From the IMG/VR virus record IMGVR_UViG_3300027798_000016, positions 61,391 through 125,390 of that record: a stretch of 64,000 nt of DNA. One strand, written 5' to 3'. The translations under genes were made by a program, and so were the position numbers. The stretch's first letter is position 1. Each line of letters starts with the position of its first letter. The stretch comes from a virus. Under the pieces are notes generated by a model. The model had not been told where the DNA came from and did no database searches. It saw nothing but the letters and a program-made list of their open reading frames with translations. This document shows, in pieces, positions 9,849-19,787 of the stretch.

Positions 9849-10546
9849 CTGTACATATACTAACACTTCCGGGACGAACAAATCATGCAGACATCACCAA
9901 GATAGACACAAAGTTTGTTGATGCAATGATGCCAATTAACATTGTAGACTTGCCAGATGATGCCTGGGAACAATTAAAAATATTGTCAACTTTAAAATTA
10001 GAATCTGGCGATATTATTTGTAGGGCTGGATTGTGTCCACGTCAAACCACTTTTGAAATTGCTAAAATTGCCGCAGCCAAGAAGTTAAATTTTATGCCGG
10101 GCACAGGCATGGATCATCGAGGACAGCCAATACCCCCTGGAAAGATACTGGAAAGGTTGCCCTTAGAAAAAAACGGCAATAACATTTGGACCTACCTATT
10201 GATTGTTGGAGATCCAGAATCTGCTCAATTGAGTTTTGAACTGGCATTACATCTTGACAAGAATGTGTATTGGAGAAATTACGAGCCAGAAGTTCCAACA
10301 CTTGAACACATATTGGGTGTGGTATTTTCAACAGGCTATTGGCAAGCACCAGACTGGTTTAAAATAGTTGACATGAGTGTTAGAAATTTAGAGCTAGCAC
10401 CAATCATGTATGCACATCATATGTGGCATGACTGGATTGCATTTTATCCAGCCAATGGAAATTTTAAACTGGAAAATCACAGTCAAATTTATCCAGTGTG
10501 GCTAGCAGAAAGTGAAAAGCCATTGGAGTACTGGCGCCGTGGATGA
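9845..10546 (+). CDS. Hypothetical protein, possibly a degenerate glycosyltransferase partner
   Basis: 233 aa; overlaps both neighbours; no clear DxD. Confidence 0.55.
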   Translation: MTVHILTLPGRTNHADITKIDTKFVDAMMPINIVDLPDDAWEQLKILSTLKLESGDIICRAGLCPRQTTFEIAKIAAAKKLNFMPGTGMDHRGQPIPPGKILERLPLEKNGNNIWTYLLIVGDPESAQLSFELALHLDKNVYWRNYEPEVPTLEHILGVVFSTGYWQAPDWFKIVDMSVRNLELAPIMYAHHMWHDWIAFYPANGNFKLENHSQIYPVWLAESEKPLEYWRRG

Positions 10547-11513
10547 AATTCAATTTGAACTTCGTCCTAGAAAACGAAAAAGAGAAGAGTTTTGGTCAGT
10601 AGAATACGATCCTAGTTCTGGACTTATCAATTCTATCAAGCCTGGACAATCAACGGATCCGTCACACATCACCCTATCGTATGCAAGAGTAAAAGATCTA
10701 TTGTCTGGTTCTGCAAACCAAAATGATTATAAGATTGCATTCAATGAAACACTTGGAACATTGGACCTAGTAGACATTAAAAAACCCAGCAAGTTTAAAA
10801 AGAAACAGACTCGACCAGGCTGGCTCAGCACTGGCGAAAATCAATACGATCCTCGAACTCCTTTGCGTGTGTTATTGTTCAATGAAAATGGAATGATCAG
10901 AGTAGAAGCCAGCCGCAGATGGTCCACTGAAGTCAAAGAACGCCTTGACAAAGATACTGCATCCGAACAGATACCCATGTTTCTAACCGACGAAGAAGAT
11001 CCTCATCAACTATTTGGAAAAATTGATATATCTGTTGGAGAAATTGTAGAACGCGGATACTGGGAACAGCGTCTTTGGAGCTTCATGAGTCATGACACAG
11101 TGGTCAAGATATTGTATCAAGAACAGCGTATTAGAATTAACATTCCACCAGTTGCAGAAGATCTATCCTTTAATAGAGTGCAAAATTATCATTTGTTTTC
11201 TGGCGTCAGCGATGAACAAACAGTTATCAGTCATATGGGTCGTGGCAAACACATTTCTCTCTTTAAGAAGGGCAATAGCATATGGGCACAAAGTCACTAT
11301 GAGAAGGGATCCAGTATAGATTCCGTGTTTGGAAATTTAAAAGTGGCAATATTAAATAATGATGATCCAGAAAATTTCCATTCTTGGTCAGAACTTCCGG
11401 CACTGATGCTAAGACAGCATCATCCTTTTGAAATTGTTGCAGATTGGCCTTACCAGACCTTGCCGCAAGTGTTATATAAAGCAAGCAATATAGATATCGG
11501 AGTACTAAATTGA
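10539..11513 (+). CDS. Hypothetical protein
   Basis: Long ORF; GTG 10539 overlapping the upstream stop is the likely start (track start 10512). Confidence 0.6.
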   Translation: MDEIQFELRPRKRKREEFWSVEYDPSSGLINSIKPGQSTDPSHITLSYARVKDLLSGSANQNDYKIAFNETLGTLDLVDIKKPSKFKKKQTRPGWLSTGENQYDPRTPLRVLLFNENGMIRVEASRRWSTEVKERLDKDTASEQIPMFLTDEEDPHQLFGKIDISVGEIVERGYWEQRLWSFMSHDTVVKILYQEQRIRINIPPVAEDLSFNRVQNYHLFSGVSDEQTVISHMGRGKHISLFKKGNSIWAQSHYEKGSSIDSVFGNLKVAILNNDDPENFHSWSELPALMLRQHHPFEIVADWPYQTLPQVLYKASNIDIGVLN

Positions 11514-12481
11514 AAACCCCTATTAGCGAATTTGATGTAGTGTTCATCAGCTACGATGAACCAAATGCAGATGCAAACTATGCAGACTTATTGGAAAAAT
11601 GCCCCTGGGCCAAACGCAGTCACGGCGTGTACGGCAGCGATGCTTGCCACAAGGCAGCGGCCAAGCTGGCAGAAACAGAACGCTTCATTACAATTGATGC
11701 TGATAATAAAGTTCGACCAGATTTCTTTGAACTTGAACTAGATTTAGAAAAATTTGATCGCAGTGATGTGTTATCATGGTCCGGCAAGAACATTGTCAAT
11801 GGATTGGTATACGGCAATGGCGGCGTAAAACTTTGGCCAGTCAAAGTGGTTGAGCAAATGCGTACACATGAAGCAGTTGATAGTGGCGCAGGTGCTGTGG
11901 ACTTTTGCTGGGACATTCACTATCATCAATTAAACAACATCTATTCGGATGTGTTTAACAATGCAACTCCATATCAGGCATATCGTGCTGGATTTAGGGA
12001 AGGCGTCAAACTGGCATTACACAATGGAAAGCCAATGGACTGGCGCCAAATTGCAGACAAGAACCATTTTAAGAATCATCGCAGGCTACTGGTTTGGATG
12101 AGTGTTGGCATGGATGTGCAGAATGGATTATGGGCCATGTATGGTGCTCGCCTGGGTTGTTATCTAACTAACTTGCGTAAAGACTGGGACTACAAATTGG
12201 TTGCTGACTTTGAATGGCACAATCAATACTGGGCCGAAGATATTATGCCACAGTTTGTTGGTGACGAAGAAACTTGTCCCAACAGCAAATACTCTTGGAG
12301 TCGAACAAAGCTGTTGGCTGAGACTCGTAAAATTGGTCGTATACTACAACAAGATTTAAGACTTGAAATTGCAGACTTAGATGAAGCAGGCAGTAAGTTT
12401 TTTAAAGCCAGTTATTTCAATCCACATCGACTTGGTCCAACAGTGAAGGAAAGTGATGTTGAACAATTTATTGCGGAGTAA
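11510..12481 (+). CDS. Glycosyltransferase family 2-like protein (paralog 1)
   Basis: VVFISYDEPNA...HGV...ITIDAD (DxD)...YGNGGVKLW...AFREGVKL-type motif. Confidence 0.7.
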   Translation: MKTPISEFDVVFISYDEPNADANYADLLEKCPWAKRSHGVYGSDACHKAAAKLAETERFITIDADNKVRPDFFELELDLEKFDRSDVLSWSGKNIVNGLVYGNGGVKLWPVKVVEQMRTHEAVDSGAGAVDFCWDIHYHQLNNIYSDVFNNATPYQAYRAGFREGVKLALHNGKPMDWRQIADKNHFKNHRRLLVWMSVGMDVQNGLWAMYGARLGCYLTNLRKDWDYKLVADFEWHNQYWAEDIMPQFVGDEETCPNSKYSWSRTKLLAETRKIGRILQQDLRLEIADLDEAGSKFFKASYFNPHRLGPTVKESDVEQFIAE

Positions 12482-12484
12482 GCA

Positions 12485-13357
12485 TTGTTAGATGTTTTCT
12501 TTATCTCAATGGGCGAACAAGGCAGTGAAGCCAACTGGACACGCCTGTTAGAATTTGCGCCCACAGCAAAGCATATTAGCAATGTCAAGGGCATCTATCA
12601 GGTACACGAAACATGTGCAAAACAAAGCACCACAGAAAACTTCTGGGTAGTTGATGCAGATGCATGGATTGTAGATGGATTTGATTTTAATTTTATTCCC
12701 AGCGCAGACACAATGCACTGGGGTATTCCAGAGAACGAATGCGTATTGGTATGGAATTCAAAAAATATAGCAAATGAACTAGAGTATGGCTACGGCGGAG
12801 TTAAGTTATTTCCACGCCAGCCATTCCTAGAAAGCCGTCCCTGGGAACTGGATCTATCAACCACAATTGGTCGTGCAAGTGTCAACATGTCCAGCATCAG
12901 TTGCGAAACTAGATTTAATGTCACGCCAGAATCTGCATGGATAGGTGCCTTTCGGGAATGTGCAAAGCTGTCATCGTTGTCAATGATTAAGAGCAGAGTC
13001 AACTCTGCAAAAAGAAAAGAGCGCAACGAGCTGGAACAGCTATCCATTTATATCACAACTCAAGACTGGCCGGATGAGAAAAAGGCAAACTATCGAAAAG
13101 CTCAAGGCATGCTGATTAAAGAAAAATATCTTAAAGAAACAGATATTTTTACATACTGGGAAGCAATTGAAAAGTGCAGTGAACGAAGGTTCATATGGTG
13201 TACGCATGGTTGGTTCTCAGAGAACGGAAAGTACATAATTGATGGGGCCAGGAACGGATCCAAATACGGCATGCGTAACAGCGATGACATTGAAAAACTA
13301 AATTTAATCAATGATTGGTCGTGGCTAAAAAAGGAATTTAAAAATGTCAATGTTTAA
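12485..13357 (+). CDS. Glycosyltransferase family 2-like protein (paralog 2)
   Basis: DVFFISM...WVVDAD...YGYGGVKLFP...AFRECAKL. Confidence 0.7.
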   Translation: MLDVFFISMGEQGSEANWTRLLEFAPTAKHISNVKGIYQVHETCAKQSTTENFWVVDADAWIVDGFDFNFIPSADTMHWGIPENECVLVWNSKNIANELEYGYGGVKLFPRQPFLESRPWELDLSTTIGRASVNMSSISCETRFNVTPESAWIGAFRECAKLSSLSMIKSRVNSAKRKERNELEQLSIYITTQDWPDEKKANYRKAQGMLIKEKYLKETDIFTYWEAIEKCSERRFIWCTHGWFSENGKYIIDGARNGSKYGMRNSDDIEKLNLINDWSWLKKEFKNVNV

Positions 13358-14312
13358 AGCAGTTAAGAATCCAATTATCTATAAAAAGATGTCAGATGTT
13401 CCAATAGTATTTTTAAGCTTTGACGAACCCAATGCAGATAAAAATTGGGAACTGCTGAAGTCAATTACTCCACATAAACGAATTGCCAGAGTACATGGTG
13501 TGGTTGGATTTGATGCGGCACACAAGGCCGCTGCCACTGAATTTGCCAGCAGTGAATATATCATCACAGTAGATGCAGATAACGAAGTTGATCCAGCTTT
13601 CTTCAATAAACAGTTGCCCGAGGGCATGGATGGAAAAGTCAGCTTTACCTGGGGCGGCAGACAATACACGAATGGATTGATGTACGGCAACGGTGGCCTC
13701 AAAATGTGGAGCACAGAACATCTTGCTAACATGAAAAGTCATGAGCTGGCCACTGAAGATCGAGACGCAATAGATTTTTGTTGGGACTTCAATAGATACA
13801 AAGAGCTACCAGGTTGTTATTCTAATGTATACACAAATGCCAGCCCTTATCAAGCATTTCGTGTGGGATTTAGAGAAGGTGTCAAACTCTCTATGGAACA
13901 AGGGCAAGTGCTTGCATTTGAGGCCTGGCCAGAAATGATGCATGCCGCAAACTATCAAAGGCTATTGACATGGATGACATTGGGTGCTGATGTAGAGAAT
14001 GGTATGTGGAGTGTGTATGGTGCAAGACTTGCTGTAAAAATGTTACAATACGACAACTTTGATTGTGTCAACATCAGAGACTATGCTTGGTTCAAAGACT
14101 TTTTTGCCTTGCATGCAAATGCAGATCCAATCAAGGCAAGCAAAAGTTTAGGCAAGAATATAAGTGAAGGATTGGATTTTATATTGCCGGACTTTGACGC
14201 CGAGCAAAGCTATTTCCTAAAGATGTTACAGCTACACCCTGCCAAGTCACTGACATATGATGATGTTAAATGGCGAACCAACTTGAATTTGTATGGATGG
14301 TTCAATGGATAA
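13344..14312 (+). CDS. Glycosyltransferase family 2-like protein (paralog 3)
   Basis: FLSFDEPNA...ITVDAD...YGNGGLKMW...GFREGVKL. Confidence 0.7.
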   Translation: MSMFKAVKNPIIYKKMSDVPIVFLSFDEPNADKNWELLKSITPHKRIARVHGVVGFDAAHKAAATEFASSEYIITVDADNEVDPAFFNKQLPEGMDGKVSFTWGGRQYTNGLMYGNGGLKMWSTEHLANMKSHELATEDRDAIDFCWDFNRYKELPGCYSNVYTNASPYQAFRVGFREGVKLSMEQGQVLAFEAWPEMMHAANYQRLLTWMTLGADVENGMWSVYGARLAVKMLQYDNFDCVNIRDYAWFKDFFALHANADPIKASKSLGKNISEGLDFILPDFDAEQSYFLKMLQLHPAKSLTYDDVKWRTNLNLYGWFNG

Positions 14313-15483
14313 GAACACAGAGCTAAGATCTGCATTGCTTTATTTTGTTGATGAAGCAATTGGATTTCGCAAAAGCATACACCATTTTCATCGTTGGCTT
14401 GAAACTGAAGACGAATACGAGCTTACACAGTTGATTGTTGAAGTTGGAAGAGAGTATGCATTTGATTTATGGCCTTTGTTGAATGCAGTAAGAGAAGGCG
14501 ATGACCAGCAAGGATTAATTGCGCTACAAGTGGCAATAGAAACCGGACTGTATGTTCCAACTGATTGGACCGACGATAAGATCATCAAGTTAACACCTTT
14601 AAAGGTCAATCTAATAGAAACAGACTTGACTGGCATGGCCAATAAATTATGGACACTCAATGAGTGGAACAACTTAAACATTGAAGCATTTGAAACACCT
14701 GCCTTGCCTGTGCTGGCCCTGGCGCATCAATTGATAATTGATGCAAGAGAAGACTTTGACAAATTTTTTCAATTGGTTGAGATGATAATTGGTAAGGATT
14801 CACTGCTTTCCTGTGTAGTAGATACAGATATAAAAAAATTAGGCGTTTGCATTGGAAACGAATACTATTACAATCAACGAGATCATATCAAAAGATTGGC
14901 TGTTGCAATTAACAATGATAGAGAATTGAACTGGAAAGATGCACTGAGTCGAAACCAAGTTAAAAGTAAAATTTGGCTGGTTGAAAAGCTAATAGAAAGA
15001 AATCTAATTCCAAAGAAACGCAAGATGGGCGATGTTGAAACTTCAACATTGGTTGTTGGTGGATGGGTTGGATTGTTACCATTTTTATCTAACATGCTGG
15101 GACAAAACTTAGATTCAGTTATTAACATTGATATTGATACTTCAGTTCATTCAGCCGCACTAGAGTTAAATTCTGGATTTCACAATAATTTTAAAAATTC
15201 TGGAACAGATGTAAGAGAAGTACAGCTTTCAAAGTACAAAAAGCTGTTGCTAATTGACACCATTGTAGAGCATTTTGAGGATCATGGCGATTGGGTAAAG
15301 TCCTTGCCTGCAGGAACCACTGTGGTGCTACAGGGCAATGACATGTTTGACGTGCCCGATCATGTCAACTGTCACAACAGTTTAGAAGAGTTTGTTGCAT
15401 CCTCTGGCTTAAATACTATTCTATGGGCAGGAGAATTAAACCTGTACATGTGCAATAGATATATGGCCATTGGAAAACTATAA
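14305..15483 (+). CDS. Class I SAM-dependent methyltransferase-like protein with N-terminal helical extension
   Basis: DALSRNQVKSKIWL, LVVGGWVG (motif I), INIDID (motif II), DTIVEH, LQGND. Confidence 0.65.
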   Translation: MDKNTELRSALLYFVDEAIGFRKSIHHFHRWLETEDEYELTQLIVEVGREYAFDLWPLLNAVREGDDQQGLIALQVAIETGLYVPTDWTDDKIIKLTPLKVNLIETDLTGMANKLWTLNEWNNLNIEAFETPALPVLALAHQLIIDAREDFDKFFQLVEMIIGKDSLLSCVVDTDIKKLGVCIGNEYYYNQRDHIKRLAVAINNDRELNWKDALSRNQVKSKIWLVEKLIERNLIPKKRKMGDVETSTLVVGGWVGLLPFLSNMLGQNLDSVINIDIDTSVHSAALELNSGFHNNFKNSGTDVREVQLSKYKKLLLIDTIVEHFEDHGDWVKSLPAGTTVVLQGNDMFDVPDHVNCHNSLEEFVASSGLNTILWAGELNLYMCNRYMAIGKL

Positions 15484-15983
15484 TGCAACGGATCAGTAAA
15501 ATACCTGGCGTAATTGACTTTGAAAGACTAAAAGCAGAAACACAACTGCTGATGTCAGCACATCCAAATGAAAGACAGCTGTCATTGCAAACAAATGGTT
15601 CAGCTGATTGGAATGCTAGCACCGGCTCAAGACCAGGAGAAGGTGAAGGGCAATGGAATTCAATACACCCAGAACTTGCAGGCACTTGGTGGCAGGACTT
15701 TTTTAGTTCACTTCCAATTCCTGTTTTTAGATCCAGGATTATGATTATGTCACCCAGGGTGTGTTACAGTATACACACTGACGATAATCCTAGATTACAC
15801 ATTGCTGTCAAAACACATAATCAAGCCAAATTTATTTTTACAAAGCCGCCTGAAATTTTACATATTCCAGCCGACGGCCGCATATATTGGGTCAATACAA
15901 AAGAAGAACATACTGCAATCAACGGAAGCTTGGAAGATAGGGTGCATATTGTCATGTGCTTGGTAAACAATGATGTAGATTAA
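15483..15983 (+). CDS. 2OG-Fe(II) oxygenase, aspartyl/asparaginyl beta-hydroxylase-like
   Basis: RSRIM...YSIHTD (HxD)...RLHI...EHTAINGS..DRVHIV. Confidence 0.8.
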   Translation: MQRISKIPGVIDFERLKAETQLLMSAHPNERQLSLQTNGSADWNASTGSRPGEGEGQWNSIHPELAGTWWQDFFSSLPIPVFRSRIMIMSPRVCYSIHTDDNPRLHIAVKTHNQAKFIFTKPPEILHIPADGRIYWVNTKEEHTAINGSLEDRVHIVMCLVNNDVD

Positions 15984-15998
15984 CGGCTACATATAGAT

Positions 15999-16637
15999 AT
16001 GAATCTATCTATTTTCCATACCAATGCCAGCGAGTTTGACCAATACGAATCTCTGTACAACGGATTCCTTTCAACCATTGCAGACACTGAATCACCTGCC
16101 CTACAAAACATGGGCGAGGCCACATCAAGTGGATTTCTATTCTTGGTCAAACACAAAAAAAGATGGACCAAAGACAATGGACAAATTACATTTTTATACG
16201 ACAAAGATGTAGAAAGTATTGTTGGTGTAAGCGCAGTCGAAGACTGTCCACTGCATGATCAATTGGGATCTGGTGGCAATCGCTGTTGGGTACTGCCACC
16301 ATATAGGACTGATAATTCTGTTTCTAAATACTTGTTGTCTAGTAATTTAGAATGGTGTAAGTCCAGAGGCAAGCTTGGAATGTTACTAACATTCAATGAT
16401 TACAACAAGTCAATCTATGATATCATTGTACGATTTTCCCAAGGCAAAGGATCTGCTCTGGGCACAATCTGGAGCGATTGGTGGAGCGATTGCATTCCGC
16501 TAGACACCAAACTTAGATTGCATAACACACCGCAGTGGGCTGTGATAAAGCCAATGGTTGCTTATGACCAACTTGAACCAATTGCTAACGATCTAATAGA
16601 TAAGTTTGGCGTGAGAACTGAACCATTTAATGCATAA
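15999..16637 (+). CDS. GNAT-fold acyltransferase-like protein
   Basis: IVGVSAV...GGNRCWVLPPYR (GNAT motif A-like)...LLTFNDYN. Confidence 0.5.
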   Translation: MNLSIFHTNASEFDQYESLYNGFLSTIADTESPALQNMGEATSSGFLFLVKHKKRWTKDNGQITFLYDKDVESIVGVSAVEDCPLHDQLGSGGNRCWVLPPYRTDNSVSKYLLSSNLEWCKSRGKLGMLLTFNDYNKSIYDIIVRFSQGKGSALGTIWSDWWSDCIPLDTKLRLHNTPQWAVIKPMVAYDQLEPIANDLIDKFGVRTEPFNA

Positions 16638-17590
16638 TGAATTCTATTAGAAACACTGAAAATTATCATTTAAGGTATTGGTATAACGACGACCAGTCTA
16701 GCAAATGGCGCACAACTGACCTAGATTCAACTGCAATGAGTGTGGGCGGCTGTACCCGTACTCCAATGGCATTGCGAGCAGAGTTAATTAGAAACGCAAG
16801 ATGCTTGTATAGAGATTTTCCAGACTTGACAATTTTCATGAGTGGTGGCCTAGACAGTGAGATAGCACTTCGCAGTTTTTTAGCCGCTGGTATTCAACCA
16901 AAATTGGTAACAGTTAAATTTGTTGATGATAACAACAACTATGACATTGGTCCCATGCTTACAATGGTTGAGAGAATGGGACTGACGTGCAACATAATTA
17001 ATTTTGATCCTCAAGCATTTTTTGACAGTGGCGAATGTTATGACATTGCCAATCGTTATCAAAGTTACAGTTTCTATCAACAAATTTTATTGAAAGTAGC
17101 TGAACAATTTGCCGCACCAATGATAACCATTGACGAAGTAGAATTAGAAAAAATGCCTCAGATTAATTGGGAAACAGGCGAACATAAATTTGAATGGTGC
17201 TTCTTAAAGAAAGAAGATCAAGACGGCGTGTGGCGCAGATTTGTTGACAAAACTGGAATACCGGCATTGAATAATTTTTATACTTATAGCCCAGAATCCA
17301 TGTTGGCATTTTTGCAAGAAGAAACAGTTGCAAAGTTAATCAGAGACCAAATTCCAGGCAAGCTTGGCTGGACATCTAGCAAGATGAAAATTTATTCTAG
17401 CCTTGGCTATCAATTTAGACCAAGACCAAAATGGCACGGTATGGAAAACTATTACCATTTGTGGGATGCTGTACTTTATAATATATCTTATAATGGACCA
17501 CCATACGAACCTAGACATTATAAAGTTCCTGCTCTTGAGCTAGAACAAAATTTAATAAACGGAATACAAACAATATGTCAAGTCGCCTAG
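16637..17590 (+). CDS. PP-loop adenine-nucleotide alpha-hydrolase, asparagine-synthetase-like, no glutaminase domain
   Basis: IFMSGGLDSE; C-terminal SSK..IY...RPKWHGME. Confidence 0.7.
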   Translation: MNSIRNTENYHLRYWYNDDQSSKWRTTDLDSTAMSVGGCTRTPMALRAELIRNARCLYRDFPDLTIFMSGGLDSEIALRSFLAAGIQPKLVTVKFVDDNNNYDIGPMLTMVERMGLTCNIINFDPQAFFDSGECYDIANRYQSYSFYQQILLKVAEQFAAPMITIDEVELEKMPQINWETGEHKFEWCFLKKEDQDGVWRRFVDKTGIPALNNFYTYSPESMLAFLQEETVAKLIRDQIPGKLGWTSSKMKIYSSLGYQFRPRPKWHGMENYYHLWDAVLYNISYNGPPYEPRHYKVPALELEQNLINGIQTICQVA

Positions 17591-18213
17591 TACCATTGAC
17601 CTCAGAGCATCTAGAGCAATTGGTAACATTTGCCCTAGACATCTACGAAAATACAGATCCGGACAAGTATCCGGACTTTAAAATTTCAAATGACATAAAT
17701 GACGAAATCAAGTTTCGTAAATTCTTTATGACATTTTTACGCCCCAGTAGTTTTGTGAATTCTAATATACGACAAGTATATGCGCTAGAGGATGAAAACG
17801 GACAGTGGATTGCCGCTATTGGTGTGAAGCGCCATAATGTAATGCCAAGCTGGTCTGTGAGTTGGCTACTAAGTCCACGGGTTGGAGTAAGGTTTATTCC
17901 AACATTTAGAGAAATTATGGATCAGCTCTGCACCATACATGAAAATGCTGGCCAAAATGAATTTTTTGTTACATATCCAGCAAGTCGTTGCGAAGCTTAT
18001 AGTAAGATCATGCTTCCTTTTAGAGAACGATACTATACATTTGTAGAATGTATGGTTCCTGCTAAATCAAGAAGTCAATATGCATTCATACACGAACTAA
18101 TGGGCAGTACAGTACATCCGCACGACATGCACTTGAGAAGATATATACTTCGTAGACCAAATACCGAAGCACCGAGCGAAGGCGGTAAAGCAATTAGAAG
18201 AGAAAAAGCATAA
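17575..18213 (+). CDS. Possible GNAT-fold protein
   Basis: VYALEDENGQWIAAIGV...PSWSVSWLLS pattern. Confidence 0.4.
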   Translation: MSSRLVPLTSEHLEQLVTFALDIYENTDPDKYPDFKISNDINDEIKFRKFFMTFLRPSSFVNSNIRQVYALEDENGQWIAAIGVKRHNVMPSWSVSWLLSPRVGVRFIPTFREIMDQLCTIHENAGQNEFFVTYPASRCEAYSKIMLPFRERYYTFVECMVPAKSRSQYAFIHELMGSTVHPHDMHLRRYILRRPNTEAPSEGGKAIRREKA

Positions 18214-19107
18214 ATGAGAAGAGTATTAAATTGGGTTGATAACCAGGCCTCTTTATATAACAAGACCGGCCAAATTCCTTATATTATAGCAATATGGCTT
18301 CCTTACCATCTTGCGGCAATCATTGCAATCATATATGCTGTAACAACCGCATGGTCGTGGTGGTTGCCTGTCACAGCCATTTGCGGCTGGATACTGCTAG
18401 ATGGCGTCGGCAACAACCTAACCTTGCATCGTTTTTTAAGCCATAAAAGTTGGACACCATACAAGTGGGCTGAACCATTTTTATTATGGGCCGCCACCAT
18501 GGTAGGCGAAGGCAGTCCGCTATGGTGGGCCGCACTACATCGCGGACATCATCATCGTGTTAGTGATCAACCAGGTAAAGACATTCATACTCCAGTGGAA
18601 AACGGATGGTGGCACAGTTATATGGGCTGGCAATTTGGCATTACACAAAATAGTGTCAGCTTTAGACATGCAGTTGATTTGCTCAGAGATAAACGAATTA
18701 CATTCATTCATGAAAATTATAACAAAATTATCTATATCACACTATTGTTAAGTTGGTTGTTGTTTGGACTTACTTTTACCGTTTGGTTTTTTGTAATAGG
18801 TAGCTTGATGAGTTTGCATGCCGACGGCATGGTCAACACATTTGGCCATGTGCCTGCCGCAGGCTATCAGAATTTCAGTAATAAAGATGCCAGTACCAAT
18901 GTATGGTGGATTGGCTACTTTCATTGGGGAAGCGGTTGGCACAACAACCATCACAAGAAAGCAAGTAGTTTTGATTTTGGTACCAGTGTCAGCGGACGCC
19001 GGCACGAGTTTGATCCTTGCATGTTATTAGTATTGCCGTTTGCTCCACCAAGTGAAGTAAAAAGATTGTGGTCTATTAGAAAAGATGCTATAATTAATAA
19101 ACCATAA
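18214..19107 (+). CDS. Membrane fatty-acid desaturase (delta-9 type)
   Basis: His boxes HRFLSH, HRGHHH and WHNNHH; transmembrane segments; VNTFGH. Confidence 0.9.
   Translation: MRRVLNWVDNQASLYNKTGQIPYIIAIWLPYHLAAIIAIIYAVTTAWSWWLPVTAICGWILLDGVGNNLTLHRFLSHKSWTPYKWAEPFLLWAATMVGEGSPLWWAALHRGHHHRVSDQPGKDIHTPVENGWWHSYMGWQFGITQNSVSFRHAVDLLRDKRITFIHENYNKIIYITLLLSWLLFGLTFTVWFFVIGSLMSLHADGMVNTFGHVPAAGYQNFSNKDASTNVWWIGYFHWGSGWHNNHHKKASSFDFGTSVSGRRHEFDPCMLLVLPFAPPSEVKRLWSIRKDAIINKP
19066..19094 (+). promoter_or_regulatory. sigma70-type promoter for thyX
   Basis: TTGTGG-17 bp-TATAAT with extended -10 TG. Confidence 0.5.
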
Positions 19108-19121
19108 TTAAAGGAATTACA

Positions 19122-19787
19122 ATGGATGTACGATTACTCAGCTACTCAAATCCAACTAAAGAATTTGCAGATCTTGGCATCACGGATGCACAGGAACTCA
19201 TTGCGTATTGCGCCCGTGTGTCCAATCCTGCCAATCAGCTTAACACTGAGACATCAGAAAAGCTTATCAGATACCTTATCAAACACAGCCACTGGAGCCC
19301 ACTTGAAATGGTCAGTGCCTGCATTGAAATTACCACAACCCGAGACATTGCAAGACAAATCTTGCGACACAGAAGTTTCTCATTCCAAGAGTTTAGTCAG
19401 CGATATGCTGACCCTACTAAAGACCTGTCGTTTGTTACAAGAGAAGCTAGACTGCAAGACCCCAAGAACAGACAGAACAGCGTCGAAGTTGATGATACAT
19501 TGTTACAAAATGAATGGTATAGAGCTCAACAACGAGTTATTTACGCCGCCAAGCGAGAATACGAATGGGCCATTGCCAATGGCATTGCCAAAGAACAAGC
19601 CCGAGCAGTTTTACCTGAGGGCTTGACTGTTAGTCGTTTGTATATGAACGGAACATTGCGTTCATGGATTCACTTTATTGAACTGCGCTCTGCAAATGGC
19701 ACACAGAAGGAGCATCAGGAAGTGGCACGGGCCTGTGCTGAAGTAATTGCTAAAATCTTCCCAATGGCCTCCGACTTAGTCGTCTAA
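19122..19787 (+). CDS. thyX: FAD-dependent thymidylate synthase
   Basis: HWSPLE, QILRHRSFSFQEFSQRY, NGTLRSWIHF..LR motifs; SD aagga. Confidence 0.97.
   Translation: MDVRLLSYSNPTKEFADLGITDAQELIAYCARVSNPANQLNTETSEKLIRYLIKHSHWSPLEMVSACIEITTTRDIARQILRHRSFSFQEFSQRYADPTKDLSFVTREARLQDPKNRQNSVEVDDTLLQNEWYRAQQRVIYAAKREYEWAIANGIAKEQARAVLPEGLTVSRLYMNGTLRSWIHFIELRSANGTQKEHQEVARACAEVIAKIFPMASDLVV

Noticed and set aside
19126-19626. 166-aa overlapping ORF within thyX
   Set aside because: Alternative frame of a conserved gene, no recognisable features
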